In this document: piece by piece, positions 58,961-64,000 of the stretch
How the letters are laid out: each line of letters begins with the position of its first letter
Position numbering within the stretch: the first letter of the stretch is position 1
Assembly (NCBI GenBank): GCA_024679065.1
Contig: JAGIQG010000003.1
Coordinates: 32,426,001 to 32,490,000 of the forward strand
DNA length: 64,000 nt
Direction: 5' to 3'
DNA from: Sphyrna mokarran
Lineage: Eukaryota
Notes under the pieces: model-generated
The model's database searches: none
Told to the model about the DNA's origin: nothing
Seen by the model: the letters and a program-made list of their open reading frames with translations, nothing else
Translations under genes and position numbers: made by a program

Positions 58961-59769
58961 CAGTAGATAAATATCTCCACTGCTGATTTGGTTCTGTTAT
59001 CTCTTTATTCTTTTTGATGATTTGGTCTTCATTTCATGATGGGATAAATGAGCTCAGATGGAATGATGGCAAGGATGCATGTTCAATCTCAATAGTGAGG
59101 GTTCAATTCCCAGATTGACTGGCAGTTCATAGACACCTGTCTCCTTGTCTTGTTGCATTCTGGCAGAGTGGTACCCTTATCAAATACAAATAACCAATTC
59201 TCTCTAATGGAGAGAGATGCCTATAGTCCTTTATGGATTATAGCTGATTATCGGTGAAAAGTACTTGCTTTGTCATTCCTTATGTTTATTAATATGTTTA
59301 AATACTTCTAAAGCATTACATTGCACATATGTAAAATTTCCACTTTAAAAAGTTCTGAATCCATATTTCTCCTTGTAGGTAATTAAATCTTAAGATCTTG
59401 GTGTATGTTAGAAACAAAGCTAGGAAAGCTAATAGCGGAAGAGGTCTAATTGGAGTTCAATCTAAAGTTACACAATTAGCATAGAATATCAGTAAGCTTT
59501 CCACTACTTGTCTAGTCATGGTCAGCCAATCCATTGCGACTTGTCCTTGATCTTAACATCCCATCAAAGTGTTAGGATGACCAATAATTTGAGATCAGTG
59601 GTTCAGATATCTGAATTCAGGCCTGAGAGTTAACTTTGTTCCAATCTTGCATTAATGATGACCATTATCTGGAACCAACTGACCTCCAATGAGTTGCTGC
59701 TTATTTCCTTCCACTCCTTTGCCCCCTCCCTCCACTCCTCCAAATACCACACATAAAGAAAAGATGATC

Positions 59770-60570
59770 ATACATAGAAACAGAAGCACTAGTATGCCAT
59801 TTGGCTCTTCGATCTTGCTCCATCGTACATTATGATTATGGCTGATCATCAAATTCAATGGCGGAGCAGGAATGAAGGGCTGAATGGCATACTCCTGTTT
59901 CTAGTTTCTATATAATTTGAACTCTGATCCCATCTTCCCCTCAGATCCCTTTAGTCCCAAGAACTATATATAATCCCTCCTTGAAATCACACATTTTGGC
60001 CTCAATTATTTCCTGCAGTGGTGAATTCTACAGATTCACCACTTTGGGTGAAAAAGTTTCTCCTCACCTCACTCCTAAAAGGTTTACCTCTTTTCTTCAA
60101 ACTATGACTCCCTGGATGTCACCTCCCCCCACCACCACCACCCCCCGCCATCAGGAATACTCTTTCTGAATCTACCCTGTCTCAAATAAATTTCTAAAAC
60201 CAATCACTATCATCCTAATTAGCTTAGACTCTCCTCATGTGACAGTCCTGTCATCCTAGGAATCAGCCTGGTAAACTTTCATTGCACTCTGTCGATAGCA
60301 AGAACATTCTTTCTTTAATAAGGACACCAGAACTGCATACGGTCTCACCAATGTCCTATGCAATTGCAATAAAACATCCCCACTGTCATACTTGTTATGA
60401 AGGCCAACATACCATTTGCCTTTACTGCTGAACCTGCATGCTTATTTTCAGTGACTGATGCACAAGGCCAACAAGGCTTTACTTATCCACCTCTAACTTT
60501 ACCCCTAGTCAAATAATATCTTCTATTTTTGTAGATAACTTCACATTTAACCACATTATACTGCACCTGC
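59770..60570 (-). mobile_element. CR1 LINE fragment with an inverted tail duplication
   Basis: tagaaacagaagc..tgccatttggc tail; gtgaattctacagattcaccac; aaggccaacataccatttgcc. Confidence 0.75.
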
Positions 60571-60659
60571 ATAGTCTGACTGGCGACTATTTGCTGGCTC
60601 TGGGAGATGTGCGTGCATTCTTGTATGCTTAAACTGGATCAGCTGATGGGCAACACAAC

Positions 60660-60962
60660 AGCTCAGTGACTACCACTGTTTGCTGTGCAGATTGATGGAT
60701 TTGGGCCAGTATCTGTGGGAGTTTGCATTCTCCCCGTGCTTGCGTGTGTTTTCTCCAGGTGCTCCGGTTTCCTCCCACATTCCAAAGATGTGCTGTTAGG
60801 TTGATTGGTGTAACAAATTGTCCCTAAATTGTCTCCCCTCAATTGGTTTCCAATGTGGATTTCCACAAGCATAGACAAGGGTCATGGGTGGAAGAGGGAG
60901 GTGGTGTGGGCTCATTGGGCCAGAGGCCCTGTTTCCCGTGCTGTGTTGTTCTTTGTTCTTTG
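60660..60962 (+). mobile_element. V-SINE variant with a ttctttgttcttt CR1-type tail
   Basis: ggagtttgcattctccccgtg..gctccggtttcctcccaca.tccaaaga core; end gtgctgtgttgttctttgttcttt. Confidence 0.75.
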
Positions 60963-62999
60963 CACGCGCAAATCCCAGGACAAGGCCAGAGACGCACGTC
61001 TCCCAACCTGACCTGACACAAATGTTGCAGGTCATGATGGGAGAATCACAGCTTGTGTTACCATCCTGCTTGTCATAGTATAATTGCATATGGTATTCAA
61101 TTTAGCATGGAGTTGCAATGTCAAGTGCTTGTTCTTTTGTCATTCCATCATAGTAGGCACTGAAATTTAGACATTGAAGCATGTTTTCATATTGATCCTC
61201 CAGACATTGCTTTTACAGCATAATGATGGATTAAATTATCATTTAGCCCATGGTAGTGTTTCCATTCAGAGATCAAAATACTGGAAAAGCCAACTATTTC
61301 TTCCATGGTTTTTTTTTTGTCTTTATCTATCTTGAACTCAATTTATTTGTTGCTTATTCTTTGCATGAAGAAGAATGTCCTAAGATCTCTCCTAAAATGA
61401 TCTGTTATGAGTTTGCAGTTTATTTTTAAGTAAAATTGAGTTAACGTTTTTCTCATCCTGTACACTTCTATAAGATCATCCCTCGGGCATTGCCTTTCTT
61501 TAAACTAAAAGAATAATAAATGCAATTATGAATGGGCAATAAATGCTGGCCTTGCCAATGACCTTCACAGCCTGAGAATTGTTTTTAAAAAATAAGCACT
61601 TTTCACAATCTCACAACGGCCCAAACTATTTTACAGCTGATGAAATACTTTTGAAGTGTGATCATTATTGTAAGTTTGGAATATAGACATCTGATTATAG
61701 GGAGCAGTCTAACATCCATTCTCCTCATTGCCTACACTTGCCTTGTGCAAAAGCTTGGTTTAAGGCCTGTACATTTACCAGTGATACTCAATATTCCTAC
61801 TGGTCTCAAATATATTTAAGTACCTGAGAAAATATTTCATTGGAAGGATTGCCACCCAAAATATTAATCTGTCTCTTAGAATATTGACCAAACTATTGCA
61901 TAATATTACAACCTCAGTTGATGTGATAACTGGATAAAAAAAAATCCCTGAATGGAACCTGAGCTCAAAAACAGTAACTTGCACTTTTTTTTAGAAAATG
62001 CTGATGGATGAATCACAGAGCTGATAATTAGTCTTAACAAGAAGAAAAACATTTCTTAAACATGAAACGTTTGATTATAATACTCTTATAATCCCAATTA
62101 TCTTGATGAATATACACAGATTTTAAGGTTGATATAAATTACAACGTGTATCTGAGGCTGAAATGGTCTTAGTAATGCACAGCCCCTTTAAACACACAGG
62201 CTACCTGTGATCAAACACAATTACATTCTGAAACCGAGTGAATTTCTGTGGATTTTTCCTCAAAGTTCCCCCCAATGGTTCTTATACTGTGAGCCACTTT
62301 GTTTCACTGAACTTTAGCTTCTACATAAGTGATTTCAAAGTGCTTTCAGAAAGACACACTTTCAAATCTTCTTTTAATGTTTTTCTTTAGCTGCTTCCAT
62401 CAATGATTCGTTTCTACGTGTTACACTGTCCTTTCAGGGTTCCTTTTGTTACACAAACATTCCACAATTGCTTTGACTATTGATTCCCAGATTGTATTAA
62501 GATGTCATGAAACTTTTGATTTTCAATTCAGAACATATCACCCGCTTTTCTCTTACTTCCCACTGAACTGTACTTTTTTCAACTTCATGGTCTCTGTTCC
62601 CTTAACTTCAATTTTCATAGATTTTTTCTGTCCCAATTACCCAATTGTCTGGAATTTATCTGAGTCTTTAGGAAGTCTGCCTTGTTGTAGTACCCTTGTC
62701 CTGTTCACCTTCATAACCAACAGCATAAGGCAAAAAGGAATGGGGCCTATTTCCTACCCTTAATTCTCTTCACACTTGCAGAATGTGTTCTTAATAATAC
62801 TCTTACATTCTTTGAAACATTTTACATTAATGCAAGTTGTTGTTGAGATGATTTATGCTATTTAGAAAGATTAATAATGGACATTGATTCTTCATCTCAT
62901 GCTCAGAGAATGTCTTTAGATACAAAAGAATTCTGTCTAACTCCTAGAGTTAATATTATAAAGATCATCTTGCTGGGAACATTCTACAGAATGGTATAC

Positions 63000-63295
63000 T
63001 GATTAGTGTTGCTGCCTTACAGATTCAATTCCATCCTTGGGTTACTGTCAATGTGGAGTTTATATGTTTTTCCCGTGTCTGTGTGGGTTTCCTCCAGATG
63101 CTTTGGTTTCCTTCCACAGTCCAAAGGTGTGCAGCTTAGATGGATTAGACCCTTAGTGTCCCAGCTTGGTGTAGGTTAGGGGATTAGTTGGGTTGCAGGG
63201 ATAGGGCAGGTCATGGGCCTGAGAAAGATGTCCTGTCAGAGAGTTGGTGCAGATGAGCCAAATAGCCTGCTTCTGCACTGTAAGGATCCTATGAT
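63000..63295 (+). mobile_element. V-SINE (HE1-like) with CR1-type tail
   Basis: gtgtctgtgtgggtttcctcc...ccacagtccaaag; end cttctgcactgtaaggatcctatga. Confidence 0.82.
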
Positions 63296-64000
63296 AATTA
63301 GTTATATAAATCAAAATATAATTTGGGTCAAATAAAATTTTAAAGCCATGATCCTTAAGTAGCATAGATGGAAAAACAAATAACCGAGGAAGTATTTTTC
63401 CATGCTTACTGAAAATAAGAGTTGTCTGTGCATGTTGGTTTTATAAACAATGCAAACATTAACTGCCCTTTGTGGGTCTGAGAGGCCTATCTGTTGGTTC
63501 TAGGACAATATGGCATACACCAAAAAATTGACTGGCCTAATCATGTTCCTGTGTTCTTAGTGATAAAGCATAATTGCTGTATTTCACCAATCTTCTCCAA
63601 CCCATGTCAACACAAAGCAGAAATTTCGTCCTCACCAAATTCTTTATTGTTCCCTTGTTTTGGTGGGTACTTGGGTATAATCCCTCTGTCGTCAGGATAC
63701 CAATATAAGATGAAGCCTTACCTCCACCAACAACTGTTTCCTCACTCCACTTGCCTTTCTGTCTAGCTCTCAATCCCACACGCCCCCATGTGTCCAACCC
63801 TCAGTCCTGCAAATTGCCCGCCCCTCATTCCCACCCACATTCATTTCCTTGCTCATTTCCATGTCTCACACCTTCTGCTTCATCTCTGTCTTTCCTTTAT
63901 CTCCCCCACCCTTTCACTGTCTTACTAGCTCTATCCCTTCCTAGCTCCTCTGTATCTTCCTCGCACAACTCCTGCCCTCTCTTACATCTCTCTTCCCTCT

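Noticed and set aside
63537-63797. Minus-strand ORF with a GAG|GTAAG donor-like site, possibly an exon of a third gene
   Set aside because: No recognisable protein similarity and no partner exons in the window
1-64000. CRISPR arrays, operons or prokaryotic defence systems
   Set aside because: The sequence is a spliced vertebrate locus; no regularly spaced repeats or long intronless genes are present

Overview
Vertebrate genomic DNA, AT-rich and intron-dominated. The repeat content (HE1-like V-SINEs, HER1/CR1 LINEs, Penelope-derived palindromes) points to a cartilaginous fish, probably a shark. Two spliced protein-coding genes lie in tandem on the + strand. (1) LSG1, the circularly permuted 60S-export GTPase: 13 coding exons from position 1 (5' end outside the window) to the stop at 17511, 619 aa in window. 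(2) TMEM44: a complete 11-exon CDS, 21883-57192, 508 aa. Both were assembled by hand with consistent splice phases. Each gene carries a minor-spliceosome (U12) intron: an AT-AC intron in LSG1 (11952-12994) and a GT-AG U12 intron in TMEM44 (37405-40234). Other points of interest are a decayed partial copy of an LSG1 exon with an in-frame stop, a 33-nt TMEM44 microexon, uORFs at the TMEM44 start, and palindromic intronic elements with target-site duplications and hammerhead-ribozyme-like cores. Almost all entries in the supplied ORF track are spurious or transposon-derived. I see no evidence of a wholly new multi-gene system. Repeat boundaries are approximate, and family names and human comparisons come from recall rather than database searches.
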